64,000 nt of DNA from Candidatus Shapirobacteria bacterium (GTDB lineage: Bacteria; Patescibacteriota; Microgenomatia; UBA12405): NCBI GenBank assembly GCA_037142555.1, contig JBAXAJ010000001.1:104423-168422 (forward strand), in the 5' to 3' direction. This document shows, piece by piece, positions 1 to 10,591 of this stretch; the first letter of the stretch is position 1; every line of letters begins with the position of its first letter. The notes beneath the pieces were generated by a model. It was not told the origin of the DNA, searched no databases, and saw only the letters and a list, made by a program, of their open reading frames with translations. Made by a program: the position numbers and the translations under genes.

Positions 1-1841
1 TTACTAAACAACAATGGGTGCCTATTCGTTATCAAGGTGAATTCATCGAAGGTCCAATTGACCAAGTTAAATTCATTGATTTAGTTCCAAATGAAATCGT
101 CGGTGCTTCTGCATCTATGATTCCTTTTGTTGATCATGATGATGCTACCCGTGCTTTGATGGGTTCCCACATGCAGACTCAAGCTGTTCCATTAATTGCT
201 CCTGAAGCTCCTTATGTCGGTACTGGCATGGAAAGTGCTATTGCTACTGCCATGGGAAGAACAGTTTTAGCCAACAGACCTGGTAAAGTCACTTATGCTG
301 ATGGTAGCCAAGTAGTCGTTACTCTTGATAAAAAGCTTAGCAACACTGAAAGTGAAAATAGCCAAATTAGTGAAGATGGTAAGACTGAAACCTATTATGT
401 AACTAAATTTGAAAGAACTTCACCATATGGAACTTGTTATAACCAAAAAACTAAAGTTCAAGTTGGTGACGTCATTAAAGCTGGCGATCTATTAATTGAT
501 GGTCCTTCAACTGACGGTGGTGAACTTTCAATTGGAAGAAATCTCTTAGTCGCTTATGCTGAAATCGATGGTTTAAATTACGAAGATTCATTCTTAATTT
601 CTGATCGTCTAGTCAAAGAAGACGTTTTCACCAACATCCAAATTTATGAATATTCAGCTCAAGTTGTTGAAACTAAACTTGGTTCTGAAGAATTAACAAA
701 AGACATTCCAAATGTTTCTGAAACTGAATTAGCTAAATTAACTGAAGACGGAATTGTCATGATTGGTGCCTCTGTTGGTCCAAATGACATTTTAGTCGGT
801 AAAGTCGAACCTCGTGGTGAAAAAGAATTATCCGCAGAAGAAAGACTTTTAAGAGCAATCTTTGGTGAAAAGGCTAGAGAAGTTAAAGATACTTCACTTC
901 GCATTCCAAATGGTGAAGGCGGTGTTGTCATTAAAGTTGATGTTCTCGATAAAGAAGCTGGTGATGAACTTGATCCAGGTGTTAACAAGATTGTTAAAGT
1001 TTATGTCGCTCAAATCAGACGTATCCAAGAAGGTGACAAGATTGCCGGAAGACATGGAAACAAAGGTGTCATCTGCCGAATCATGCCTCAATATGACATG
1101 CCTCGACTTGAAGACGGAACTCCAGTTGACTTAGTTATGTCACCAATTTCCGTTATTTCTCGTATGAACCTAGGTCAAATTCTAGAAACAACCTTAGCTT
1201 ATGCTGGTTACAAACTAGATAAAAAATATGCGGTTCCAGTTTTCGAAAAATATCCAGAAACTCAAATTGATAATGAATTAATTTCAGCTGGATTAAATGC
1301 CAATGGTAAAGTCCAACTTTACGATGGTCGAACTGGTGAAGCTTATGACCAACAATCAGTTGTTGGTATTGGCTACATCTTAAAACTTGTCCACATGGTT
1401 GACGATAAAGTTCATGCTCGTTCTACTGGTCCATACTCTTTAGTTACTCAACAACCACTCGGCGGTAAAGCTAGAATGGGAGGTCAAAGACTTGGAGAAA
1501 TGGAAGTCTGGGCACTTGAAGCTCATCGAGCTGCTCATGTCCTACAAGAAATGTTAACTCTTAAATCTGATGATATTGAAGGTAGAACTCATGCCTTCCA
1601 ATCAATCATTAAGGGTCTACCAATTCCAGAACCAGCCATTCCTGAATCATTTAAAGTTTTGACCAAAGAATTAGCCGGTCTAGCTCTAGATATTTCACCT
1701 ACTGGCATGGACGAATTTGCTCTTAGCCAATTAGAGGAAGAAGAAACAGTAGCACCAATAGTGGTGGAAGAAGAAACTATTGTTGCCGAGGAAGCAATTC
1801 CTGAAGAAGTTACTATTTCCGAGGAGGAACAAAATGCTTAA
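1..1841 (+). CDS. rpoB: DNA-directed RNA polymerase subunit beta, C-terminal part (5' end lies outside the window); ends in an acidic Glu-rich tail
   Basis: The frame is open from position 3. The translation (…GKVTYADGSQ…NRPGKV…GQRLGEMEVWALEAH…) matches the conserved RpoB C-terminus. The stop at 1839-1841 overlaps the rpoC start. Confidence 0.95.
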   Translation, partial: TKQQWVPIRYQGEFIEGPIDQVKFIDLVPNEIVGASASMIPFVDHDDATRALMGSHMQTQAVPLIAPEAPYVGTGMESAIATAMGRTVLANRPGKVTYADGSQVVVTLDKKLSNTESENSQISEDGKTETYYVTKFERTSPYGTCYNQKTKVQVGDVIKAGDLLIDGPSTDGGELSIGRNLLVAYAEIDGLNYEDSFLISDRLVKEDVFTNIQIYEYSAQVVETKLGSEELTKDIPNVSETELAKLTEDGIVMIGASVGPNDILVGKVEPRGEKELSAEERLLRAIFGEKAREVKDTSLRIPNGEGGVVIKVDVLDKEAGDELDPGVNKIVKVYVAQIRRIQEGDKIAGRHGNKGVICRIMPQYDMPRLEDGTPVDLVMSPISVISRMNLGQILETTLAYAGYKLDKKYAVPVFEKYPETQIDNELISAGLNANGKVQLYDGRTGEAYDQQSVVGIGYILKLVHMVDDKVHARSTGPYSLVTQQPLGGKARMGGQRLGEMEVWALEAHRAAHVLQEMLTLKSDDIEGRTHAFQSIIKGLPIPEPAIPESFKVLTKELAGLALDISPTGMDEFALSQLEEEETVAPIVVEEETIVAEEAIPEEVTISEEEQNA

Positions 1842-4800
1842 ATTTAAAAATATGATCGATTTTACCGGCTTACAAATAAAATTAGCCTCTCCAGAAGAAA
1901 TTTTATCTTGGTCAAACGGTGAAGTCTTAAAACCAGAAACTATTAATTATCGAAGTTGGAGACCTGAAAAGGACGGTCTCTTCTGTGAAAAGATTTTCGG
2001 ACCATCACGTGACTATGAATGTTACTGTGGTAAATACAAAAAAATCCGATTCAAGGGTGTAATCTGTGATCGCTGTGGTGTTGAAGTCACTACTTCAAAA
2101 GTTCGACGTGACCGAATGGGACACATCGCTCTTGCTGCCCCTGTAACTCATCTTTGGTATTTAAGAAACACTCCATCTCCAATCGGAGTCATTCTTGATG
2201 TTCCTCAAAAAGATCTAGAAGCTGTTGTCTATTTCACTAAATATTTAATCACTTCTGTTGATGATGAAAAGAGAAAAGAAGCTTTAGTCAATTTAAGAGA
2301 AAATTCTAAAAAGAGACAAGAACAAATTGATGTTGATTGTAAAAGAAATGTTACTGAAAAAACAGAACAAATTAACAAAGAAAAAACTGAATTAAAAACT
2401 AAAATTAAAAATTCAGATCAACTTCATATTGCTGAATCAGAAAGAGACGTCAAATTAAAGCAAGATGTTCAAAAAATTGAAAACAAAGCTAATTCTGAAA
2501 AAAATAGAATTGAAAGTTTGATTAACTACTTAGAAGATAAGATTCAATCTCTCCAAGTGCTATCTACTCTTTCTGATGAAGAAAGTTTCTATCTTTCTCA
2601 ATTCAAAGCGGACCTCTTTTTTGAAGCTAAAATGGGTGCTGAAGCTATCATTGAAGTCTTAAAACAAATTGATTTAACTGAAACTGTCAAAAATCTTAAA
2701 AAAGAATTAGCTAAAACTAGTTCAAAACTTAAGAAAAAGAAAATCATGTATAAAATCAGAATTTTAAACGGCATGATTGCAAATGACATCAAATCTGAAT
2801 GGACAGTTCTAACTAACGTCCCAGTCATTCCGCCAGATTTAAGACCTATGGTCCAACTAACTGGTGGTCGTTTTGCTACTTCCGATTTAAATGATTTATA
2901 TCGACGTTTAATCAACCGAAATAATCGTCTTAAAAAATTACTTAAGCTTGGTGCTCCAGAAATTATTTTAAGAAATGAAAAGAGAATGTTACAAGAATCT
3001 GTTGACATCTTAATTGATGCTCAAAAGAGCTCTAAAAACAAACGAAAGAGTGCTAAAAGAACTCCAAGATCTCTTTCAGATCTATTACGCGGTAAGAAAG
3101 GTCGTTTCCGAAGAAATCTTTTAGGTAAAAGAGTTGACTATTCAGGTCGTTCAGTAATCGTCGTCGGTCCTGAACTTAAACTAGATCAAGTCGGTTTACC
3201 AAAAGAAATCGCTCTTGAAATGTATCGTCCATTCGTTTTACGTGAATTGATGATGACTGAAGTTGCTCCAAACATTAAAAGTGCTAAAAACTTAATTGAT
3301 CGCCGATCAAACGAAGTCTATGATATTTTGGAAAAAGTCACTAAAGACAGCTATGTTTTATTAAATCGTGCTCCAACTTTACACAAACTTTCAATCCAAT
3401 CTTTCAAACCAGTTCTAGTCGACGGTTTAGCTATCAGATTACATCCTTGTGTCTGTAAAGGTTTCAACGCTGATTTCGACGGAGATCAAATGGGTGTCCA
3501 TTTACCACTTTCTGATGCTTCCCAAAAAGAAGCTAAGAAATTGATGTTACCTTCACAAAACTTATTAAAACCATCCGATGGTATGCCTGTTTCTGTTCCA
3601 ACTCAAGGTATGGCAGTAGGCTGTTATTACATCACTTCTGTCAGATCTGAAGATCTAGACAAAGAAACTACCCAAAGCTTTGAAGGTCTATCAATCTTTT
3701 CTGATCCTCAAGAAGTTGATTTAGCTTATGAATCTAGAAAAATCGGGTTAAGAGAATTAATTGTCGTCAGAATGGATAGTAAATTAGTCAAAACCACTCA
3801 TGGTCGAATTTGGTTCAACAAAATTTTGCCAAAAGAATTCGATTTTGTTAACGAATCAATGGCTGGTTCAAAAGCCGTCAATGATTTAGTTGTTAAATCT
3901 CTCGAAATTGCTGGCCGAATTCGAACTGCCAGATTAATTGATGATCTTAAAGACATTGGTTTCAAAGGTTTCACTCTTTCTGGAATTTCTCTTTCTATGG
4001 CTGACTGCGGTTACCTAGCTGGAAAAGAAAAATTAATTGAAGTTGCTAACAAAGAAGTCGTTGAAATTGAAGAAAACTACAAAAATGGTTTAATCAGCAA
4101 CGATGAAAAGAAAAGATTGAGTCAAAGTGTTTGGATGGAAAAGACCGAAGAAATTGCCGAAAAAACTTGGGCAACTCTAGACATCGATTCTCCAATCAGA
4201 ATCATTTCATCTGCAGGAATTAAGCGTGCTTCTAAAGATCAAATTAAACAGCTTTCAGGTATGAGAGGTTTAATGGTCGATCCAACTGGAAAGATTGTTC
4301 AACTTCCAACTAAATCAAACTTCCGAGAAGGTCTATCAGTGTTCGAATATGTCACTGGTGCCAGAGGAACTAGAAAAGGTCTAGCTGACACAGCTCTAAA
4401 GACCGCTGACGCTGGTTATTTGACCAGAAGACTTGTCGATGCTGCTCATATTTCTATCATTAGAATGGATGAATGCGGAACTAAAGAATTCCTTACTGTC
4501 GAAAGCAACGATAAAGGTCGTGAAAGATACTTTGGTCGACGTATTATTGGTCGTGTCCTATTCAATGATGTTATTGATCCAAAAACTAAAAAAGTTATAG
4601 TTGCCAAGGGTTCACTCCTAGATAACCACATGGTTTCTGACATTGAAGCTGCTAACGTCGCTTCAGTTGACATCAGATCACCATTAACTTGTGCTTCTGA
4701 AACTGGTCTTTGTCAACAATGTTATGGTTGGGATCTTTCTACTCGAAGATTAGTCGATGTTGGTGTTCCAGTTGGTGTCGTCGCTGCTCAATCAGTCGGT

Positions 4801-5577
4801 GAACCTGGTACTCAGTTAACTCTTCGTACTAAACACACCGGAGGTGTCGTCGGAATCGATGTGACACAAGGTCTACCTCGTGTCCAAGAACTTTTCGAAA
4901 TCAGAATGCCAAAACTTCCATCTCCACTAGCTGAAATTAGTGGAAAGATTAAAGTTAAAGAAACTATTGATGGCTACGAAATCAAATTAACTGGTAAAGA
5001 TGAAAATAACGCTCCAAAAGTTGTTAACTACCTTTTACCAAGCAACGTTGTTCTTCTAGTCGCTGATGGTGATTTAATTGCTCAAGGTACTCAACTTTGT
5101 TCAGGCTCACTTGATGTCCGTGAAATCATGGAAGTTAAGGGAATTAAATCTGCTCAAAAGTATCTTGTTGATTCAATCCAAGGTGTCTACGAATCTCAGG
5201 GAATCACTGTTCATGACAAGCATCTTGAAGTTATCGTTAAAGAAATGAGCGATAAGATTAAGATTGAAGACCCAGGTGACACCTACTTCCTTTATGGTCA
5301 AATTATTACTGCTGCTGTTTTCAACGCTGCTAATAATAAAGCCAAAGCTGAAGGCGGCAAAATCGCTAAAGGTAAAAAAGTCTTATTAGGTCTTATTCAA
5401 TCTGCTTTAACCACTGGTTCTTGGTTGTCTGCTGCTTCATTCCAACAAACAACTAGTGTTTTGACCGAAGCATCCTTGCTTGCTGAGATTGACAACTTGA
5501 TTGGTCTTAAAGAAAATGTTATTATCGGACGATTAATACCTGTCGGTAAAGATCAAAAAATTGAGGTTAAAATATAA
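1834..5577 (+). CDS. rpoC: DNA-directed RNA polymerase subunit beta'
   Basis: ATG at 1834 lies 9 nt downstream of a GAGGAGG Shine-Dalgarno. The N-terminus [39 protein letters not shown]…[11 protein letters not shown] matches RpoC, and the NADFDGD catalytic motif is present. The ORF-track start at 1780 is an upstream overcall. Confidence 0.95.
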   Translation: MLKFKNMIDFTGLQIKLASPEEILSWSNGEVLKPETINYRSWRPEKDGLFCEKIFGPSRDYECYCGKYKKIRFKGVICDRCGVEVTTSKVRRDRMGHIALAAPVTHLWYLRNTPSPIGVILDVPQKDLEAVVYFTKYLITSVDDEKRKEALVNLRENSKKRQEQIDVDCKRNVTEKTEQINKEKTELKTKIKNSDQLHIAESERDVKLKQDVQKIENKANSEKNRIESLINYLEDKIQSLQVLSTLSDEESFYLSQFKADLFFEAKMGAEAIIEVLKQIDLTETVKNLKKELAKTSSKLKKKKIMYKIRILNGMIANDIKSEWTVLTNVPVIPPDLRPMVQLTGGRFATSDLNDLYRRLINRNNRLKKLLKLGAPEIILRNEKRMLQESVDILIDAQKSSKNKRKSAKRTPRSLSDLLRGKKGRFRRNLLGKRVDYSGRSVIVVGPELKLDQVGLPKEIALEMYRPFVLRELMMTEVAPNIKSAKNLIDRRSNEVYDILEKVTKDSYVLLNRAPTLHKLSIQSFKPVLVDGLAIRLHPCVCKGFNADFDGDQMGVHLPLSDASQKEAKKLMLPSQNLLKPSDGMPVSVPTQGMAVGCYYITSVRSEDLDKETTQSFEGLSIFSDPQEVDLAYESRKIGLRELIVVRMDSKLVKTTHGRIWFNKILPKEFDFVNESMAGSKAVNDLVVKSLEIAGRIRTARLIDDLKDIGFKGFTLSGISLSMADCGYLAGKEKLIEVANKEVVEIEENYKNGLISNDEKKRLSQSVWMEKTEEIAEKTWATLDIDSPIRIISSAGIKRASKDQIKQLSGMRGLMVDPTGKIVQLPTKSNFREGLSVFEYVTGARGTRKGLADTALKTADAGYLTRRLVDAAHISIIRMDECGTKEFLTVESNDKGRERYFGRRIIGRVLFNDVIDPKTKKVIVAKGSLLDNHMVSDIEAANVASVDIRSPLTCASETGLCQQCYGWDLSTRRLVDVGVPVGVVAAQSVGEPGTQLTLRTKHTGGVVGIDVTQGLPRVQELFEIRMPKLPSPLAEISGKIKVKETIDGYEIKLTGKDENNAPKVVNYLLPSNVVLLVADGDLIAQGTQLCSGSLDVREIMEVKGIKSAQKYLVDSIQGVYESQGITVHDKHLEVIVKEMSDKIKIEDPGDTYFLYGQIITAAVFNAANNKAKAEGGKIAKGKKVLLGLIQSALTTGSWLSAASFQQTTSVLTEASLLAEIDNLIGLKENVIIGRLIPVGKDQKIEVKI

Positions 5578-5999
5578 TGCCAACATTCAATCAACTAATT
5601 AAAAGTGGTCGAAAGACTAGAGTTCTAAAATTAAAAACTGGTGCTTTGCGAAAAAATTTCAACAGCATTAAGAACAGATTAATAGACACTATTAATCCAG
5701 TTAAAAAAGGCGTCGTTATTTCGGTTAAAACTATGACTCCAAAAAAGCCACATTCGGCTTTAAGAAAAATAGCTAAGGTCAAACTTAGTAACCGAAACAT
5801 CGTTACTGCCTACATTCCAGGTATTGGTCACAACTTAGCTGAACACAGCATCGTTAGTGTCCGAGGTGGAAGAGTTAGAGATTTACCAGGTGTTCGCTAC
5901 CGTGTTATTCGTGGTAAGTATGATGCCGGCGCAGTTGCTGGTAGAATGCAATCACGCAGTAAATATGGTGCTAAGAAACCTAGCGCTAAAACCGCCTAA
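5577..5999 (+). CDS. rpsL: 30S ribosomal protein S12
   Basis: The translation shows an S12 signature (…PKKPNSALRK…VRGGRVKDLPGVRY-like). The TAATG overlap with the rpoC stop is typical. Confidence 0.95.
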   Translation: MPTFNQLIKSGRKTRVLKLKTGALRKNFNSIKNRLIDTINPVKKGVVISVKTMTPKKPHSALRKIAKVKLSNRNIVTAYIPGIGHNLAEHSIVSVRGGRVRDLPGVRYRVIRGKYDAGAVAGRMQSRSKYGAKKPSAKTA

Positions 6000-6038
6000 A
6001 TTAAAATTTTAGAAATTAGAAATTAGAAATTTAAATAT

Positions 6039-6521
6039 ATGTCAAGAAAAGGTCCAAGTAAAATTAGAGAAGTCAATCCTGACACTATCTACAACAGCAT
6101 TATAATTACAAAAATTATAAACTCTACAATGAGAGCTGGCAAAAGAGGTCCAGCTGAAAAGCAAGTTTATGATGCTCTAGAAATTCTTAAAAAAGAATAT
6201 CCAGCAGATGATGTAGTAGCTACCCTAGATAGAGCTCTAGAAAATATCAAACCAAAAGTTGAAGTTCGACCTCGCCGAATTGGTGGTGCTGTCTATCAAG
6301 TTCCAACTCCAGTTCGTGGTAATAGACAAAATTCTCTCGCTATTCGTTGGTTATTAACTTCTGCCCGAGCTAAAGCTAATAAGCAATATCATTCTTTCGC
6401 TGAAAAACTAGCTGCTGAACTCAGTTCTGCTATTAAAAGTGAAGGTGCTTCTGTAACTAAGAGAATGGAAATCGAAAGAATGGCTGATGCTAATAAAGCA
6501 TTTGCTCATTTGAGGTGGTAA
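6039..6521 (+). CDS. rpsG: 30S ribosomal protein S7
   Basis: The translation matches S7 (…RAGKRGPAEKQVYDALEIL…RWLLTSARAK…). Confidence 0.95.
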   Translation: MSRKGPSKIREVNPDTIYNSIIITKIINSTMRAGKRGPAEKQVYDALEILKKEYPADDVVATLDRALENIKPKVEVRPRRIGGAVYQVPTPVRGNRQNSLAIRWLLTSARAKANKQYHSFAEKLAAELSSAIKSEGASVTKRMEIERMADANKAFAHLRW

Positions 6522-6530
6522 ACTAAATTA

Positions 6531-7991
6531 ATGTCACTATTTTCTAAACCAAAAGTCGTTTTATGGCCAAAAGCCGAATCTGTTGAAGTCTACATTGACA
6601 GGAAAGAAAACAACAATCTTTCTTTCGATATCAATCTTTGGGAAGAAAAATCCGAAAAAGACCTAGGTCCGCTTTTCTATTATCTAAAACAAAACAAAAT
6701 TGAATCTTGTTCTGTCTTAATTCCAGATGACATTCTTTTAACCAAATCCTTCATCTACGACACCAAAATCACCGAAATCGACAAAAAAGAGGTGATTGGG
6801 CTAGCTGAAAGTTTTGTTCAATTCAAAATTGATCCTGATTCTATTGAATACACTCTTCTTCAAGAAGCCGACAAGACCATAATTCAATCAACTATTTCTC
6901 AAAAAAAGAAAATAGACACTCTAAAACTAAACCTCGCCAAGTTAAATTTAAAAATTAATTCTTTAACTTCTGTTTCTGCTTCAATTTCAAAAGTAATTTC
7001 TAGCCTTAACAGTGGGGAATTCTTCTTAATCTATCCTCTAAATAGTCAAGAATACACTCTTCTTCTATCAAGAAACAACGTCATATATCTAACTGCCAAT
7101 CTTAAAGGGCCATCCCTTGACATTCAAAAAACCATTAACTATTCCACCCTATACTTCGGATCAATCACTAAAAAGATTTATGTTCCAGATATAAAAGAAG
7201 TTGAAATTTTAAGCACTACCGATTTGGAAAAAACCACCTATAATGAAACCCAAATTGCCCAAAGCAGGGGAAAGGCTTCAAACCTACCACTTCCAGTTTT
7301 AGGTGAGTTAATTAGCACAAATTCCACTTATACTGATATAATAAAGCAACCAACTGATATTAGTTTAAAAAAACCTATGGAAAATAAAAAAAATATTCTA
7401 CCTATAGTTGCAGTCTTTATCTTTACTGCAGCCCTAGCCTCAATTATTATTTATATTGTCCTAACCCGCAATAAGACTGAAGATACTCAATCTCCAGCTT
7501 CTGACACTCAATCTCAAATTGAAGAAACTATCCCAACAATTGAACCTGTTGCTACTATAGCTCCAACAATTGCTGAAATTAGTAAAGCTCTCAAACTCCA
7601 AGTTTTAAATGCTACTGAAATTAATGGCCAAGCTGCCACTGTTAAATCAGAATTAGCTGCTCTTGGTTTCACCAGCATCGCTGTTGGTAACAGCAAAGAA
7701 GCTGTGACTTCTAACCAAGTCAAACTTAAAGCTAGCTTATCCACTGCTTCTGCTTATTTCAAAAGCAAAATGGATGCTAATTTCCCAGCTACCTACACAA
7801 GTGATCTTCCAGCTTCCTCTCAATATGACGCTGTCTTCATCATTGGTACTGATTTAAGCACTGGTGCTGCTGCAACTTTAAAAACTACAGTTACTCCAAC
7901 AGTCGCCAAGACTACAGTTACCCCAACAGTCACCAAGACTGCTACTCCAAGTGTAACTAAGGCTCCAACTGCCGTTCCAACTGTAAGATAA
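6531..7991 (+). CDS. Membrane protein with an unknown cytoplasmic N-domain, one TM helix, an extracellular LytR_C-like domain and a Thr/Pro-rich repeat tail
   Basis: Hydrophobic helix ILPIVAVFIFTAALASIIIYIVL. The segment QVLNATEINGQAATVKSELAALGFTSIAVGNSKEA resembles LytR/CpsA/Psr C-terminal domains. The tail carries TVTPTV(A/T)KT repeats. The gene starts 10 nt after rpsG, so it is probably co-transcribed. Confidence 0.6.
   Translation: MSLFSKPKVVLWPKAESVEVYIDRKENNNLSFDINLWEEKSEKDLGPLFYYLKQNKIESCSVLIPDDILLTKSFIYDTKITEIDKKEVIGLAESFVQFKIDPDSIEYTLLQEADKTIIQSTISQKKKIDTLKLNLAKLNLKINSLTSVSASISKVISSLNSGEFFLIYPLNSQEYTLLLSRNNVIYLTANLKGPSLDIQKTINYSTLYFGSITKKIYVPDIKEVEILSTTDLEKTTYNETQIAQSRGKASNLPLPVLGELISTNSTYTDIIKQPTDISLKKPMENKKNILPIVAVFIFTAALASIIIYIVLTRNKTEDTQSPASDTQSQIEETIPTIEPVATIAPTIAEISKALKLQVLNATEINGQAATVKSELAALGFTSIAVGNSKEAVTSNQVKLKASLSTASAYFKSKMDANFPATYTSDLPASSQYDAVFIIGTDLSTGAAATLKTTVTPTVAKTTVTPTVTKTATPSVTKAPTAVPTVR
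7884..7937 (+). repeat. 27-bp perfect/near-perfect tandem repeat (2 units plus a degenerate third) encoding the TVTPTV(A/T)KT tail
   Basis: actacagttac(t/c)ccaacagtc(g/a)ccaag occurs twice, read directly from the sequence. Confidence 0.7.
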
Positions 7992-8009
7992 TCAAAAAGA
8001 ATTTTTAAT

Positions 8010-8036
8010 ACCCCTGCCCCGCAGGGGTATTTTTGT
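8010..8036 (+). terminator. Rho-independent terminator after the LytR_C gene
   Basis: GC hairpin acccctgc-ccc-gcaggggt followed by tatttttgtatt. Confidence 0.6.
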
Positions 8037-8141
8037 ATTAAGCCAAAAAAAATACTCTAAAAAGAAAATGATAGCTTGCGCTAATCAAAATCCATTCAAA
8101 GTATTTTGTCCTACGACCTCAGATTGTTGTTTTTTTTTAAA

Positions 8142-8789
8142 TTAAAGTAAATTGGAGTAATTAGCAATAAAAGTTGCCATAGCCATCTGTGAAACACCAC
8201 AAGAAAATTTAATATCTTTAATTGGGATAAAATCTAATTTTTTATAATTTTTCCCATTAAGCATAATATCTCTTTGTGAATTAACTTCACTTTCTAAAAC
8301 TAAGCAAGAATAAATGTGGATTCCTCCTCCTTCTGAATAAGAGAACCAAGCAGTGTCCATATTAAATGGGCCACCAAGATGAGTAAACCTATCTTTTGGG
8401 ATAATTAAACCACCTTCATCTTCCTCTGAAAGCTCTCTAATAGCAGCATCCATTGGGTCCTCGAAGTTTTCTTTTTTAAAATCTGCATAACCTCTGGGTA
8501 GTTCATCAAAGTATCCATCTGCAGTTGATCTGTACACATCTTTTAAAACACCGATTAGTAAAGCATTTGGTGTTTCCATAAAAGGCACAATTACCGCGGA
8601 AGGAGCAGTGATAGCTATTCTTGTTTGACAGTGTGAGACTTCACCTCTTTCATTTAAAACTAAGCCATACTGAGCCTGGATTCCCATTTTTTCATTTTTT
8701 ATGATTAATCCATCTCTTCCTCCTACAATTTCCCATCTTTTATTTTCTTCAATTTCTTTTGGAATTTTTGTTGTGAACCTTTTATCCAT
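8142..8789 (-). CDS. NUDIX hydrolase
   Basis: Nudix box E-x7-RELSEE-x-GG (FEDPMDAAIRELSEEDEGG). Confidence 0.6.
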   Translation of the reverse strand: MDKRFTTKIPKEIEENKRWEIVGGRDGLIIKNEKMGIQAQYGLVLNERGEVSHCQTRIAITAPSAVIVPFMETPNALLIGVLKDVYRSTADGYFDELPRGYADFKKENFEDPMDAAIRELSEEDEGGLIIPKDRFTHLGGPFNMDTAWFSYSEGGGIHIYSCLVLESEVNSQRDIMLNGKNYKKLDFIPIKDIKFSCGVSQMAMATFIANYSNLL

Positions 8790-9047
8790 TTTTATTACCT
8801 CTTTTCTCCCTATTTGATGAAAGGGAAGTTGGGTCTAAAACATATAGGCCCAGTTTCCCTCTCATCAAATTCAACAAATCTGATTTTTAAAGAACTAAAT
8901 CATAAGTTCTAAGCTTAGCGATTAAGCATATTTCCCATGATTTATCAAAGGTATTATATCCCATAATAGTCATTTTGTCAATTTATAATGTCTTAATTCA
9001 AACTTAAACTTGCCCAAATGCCGTGATTGAATTAAAATAGACTTATT

Positions 9048-10061
9048 ATGAAAATATTAATCACTGGTGGTCTAGGTTTCATTGGTTCAAATTTCATTCG
9101 TTATTGGCTTAAAAAACATCCTAATGATGAGATAGTCAATCTTGACAGCGTCACTTATGCTGCCAATTTCAAAAGCATGATTGAAGTTGAAAGCAACTTA
9201 AATTATAGTTTTGTCCGTGGTGACATTTGTGATGAAAAATTAGTTGATCAAATAATGTCCAAAGGCATTGACATGGTTGTTCATTTTGCTGCCGAATCCC
9301 ATGTTGATCGATCAATTGATGATCCATCTCTTTTTGTCAGGACTAATGTTCTCGGAACCTATGTTCTTCTTAACGCCGCCACTAAATACAACATTAAACG
9401 TTTCCACCACATCTCTACTGATGAAGTTTTTGGTTCAATTGAATTTGGTTCAAACAAGCAATTCAAAGAAACAACTCCTTATGATCCTTCCAGCCCTTAT
9501 TCAGCTTCCAAAGCTTCCTCCGATCATTTAGTTCGATCTTTCTACAAAACTTTTGGACTTCCAGTAACCATCAGCAATTGTTCTAACAACTATGGTCCAT
9601 TCCAACATCCAGAAAAAATGATTCCTCGATCTATCACTAACATCTTAAATGGAAACAAAATCAAAGTTTATGGAAAAGGTCTAAACTTCCGAGATTGGCT
9701 TCATGTTGAAGATCATTGCCGAGCTATCGAAGTTATCTTATTAAAAGGTAAAATAGGTGAAACTTATTGCATTGGTGGTCTCAAAAAAGGCACCAGTAAC
9801 ATCGATCTAGTCAAAGCAATGTTGGGTCTAATGGGCAAGAGTGAGAGTGAAATTGAATATGTTGCCGACAGACCAGCTCATGATAATTATGCCGTTAATT
9901 GGGACAAAATCAATAAAGAACTAGGTTGGGAACCAATCTATGATCTAGATTCTGGTCTCGAACAAACAATCAATTGGTACACTGAAAATAAAGAATGGTA
10001 TGAAGAAACCAAAAAAGAAGCCGAAGAATTCTACATAAAATTAAATAAAGCCAAAAAATAA
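9048..10061 (+). CDS. rmlB: dTDP-glucose 4,6-dehydratase
   Basis: N-terminal Rossmann motif ILITGGLGFIGSNF, catalytic YSASKASSDHL, and a typical RmlB length of 337 aa. Confidence 0.85.
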   Translation: MKILITGGLGFIGSNFIRYWLKKHPNDEIVNLDSVTYAANFKSMIEVESNLNYSFVRGDICDEKLVDQIMSKGIDMVVHFAAESHVDRSIDDPSLFVRTNVLGTYVLLNAATKYNIKRFHHISTDEVFGSIEFGSNKQFKETTPYDPSSPYSASKASSDHLVRSFYKTFGLPVTISNCSNNYGPFQHPEKMIPRSITNILNGNKIKVYGKGLNFRDWLHVEDHCRAIEVILLKGKIGETYCIGGLKKGTSNIDLVKAMLGLMGKSESEIEYVADRPAHDNYAVNWDKINKELGWEPIYDLDSGLEQTINWYTENKEWYEETKKEAEEFYIKLNKAKK

Positions 10062-10591
10062 TGCCAAATTTCATTAAAACCAAAATCGAAGGTCTAGTTA
10101 TAATCGAACCATCAGTTTTTGCTGATGATCGTGGTTTCTTCATGGAAACCTACAACCAAAAAGTTTTTGCCGAAAATGGAATTGATGTCACTTTTGTTCA
10201 AGATAATCATTCCAGATCAAGCAAAGGTGTTTTGCGAGGTCTTCATTTTCAACAAGAGCCTTATGCTCAAGACAAACTAATCAGATGCACCAAGGGTGAA
10301 GTTTTTGATGTCGCTATTGATCTTCGACCAGACTCACCAACTTTTGGCCAATATGAAGGCATAGTTCTTTCAGAAGAAAATAAAAAAATGTTTTTCATTC
10401 CAAAAGGTTTTGCCCATGGCTTTCTAGTTTTAAGTGAAATTGCCGATTTCCAATATAAATGCACTAATCTTTATAATAAAGAATCTGAAGGCGGTCTAAT
10501 GTGGAACGATCCAAAAGTCGCCATCGATTGGCCAAAATTAGACATAAATTATATTTTGTCTGAAAAAGATAATAACTGGCCAAATCTATGA
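10061..10591 (+). CDS. rmlC: dTDP-4-dehydrorhamnose 3,5-epimerase
   Basis: Cupin-like RmlC pattern (…FADDRGFFMETYN…GLHFQ…) and a length of 176 aa. The start overlaps the rmlB stop and the end overlaps the rmlD start (ATGA). Confidence 0.8.
   Translation: MPNFIKTKIEGLVIIEPSVFADDRGFFMETYNQKVFAENGIDVTFVQDNHSRSSKGVLRGLHFQQEPYAQDKLIRCTKGEVFDVAIDLRPDSPTFGQYEGIVLSEENKKMFFIPKGFAHGFLVLSEIADFQYKCTNLYNKESEGGLMWNDPKVAIDWPKLDINYILSEKDNNWPNL

Noticed and set aside
659-5000. Short ORFs inside or antisense to rpoB and rpoC (659-988 minus, 862-1134 plus, 894-1091 minus, 2598-3008 minus, 4446-4673 minus)
   Set aside because: They are fully embedded in highly conserved RNA polymerase genes on the opposite strand or in an alternative frame, with low-complexity translations.
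6011-6031. agaaatt x3 heptamer tandem repeat in the rpsL-rpsG spacer
   Set aside because: It is very short, AT-rich and intergenic; most likely low-complexity spacer sequence without function.
8050-8140. Possible structured RNA downstream of the NUDIX gene
   Set aside because: No convincing conserved hairpins or tRNA-like features; only AT-rich sequence with a single T-run.
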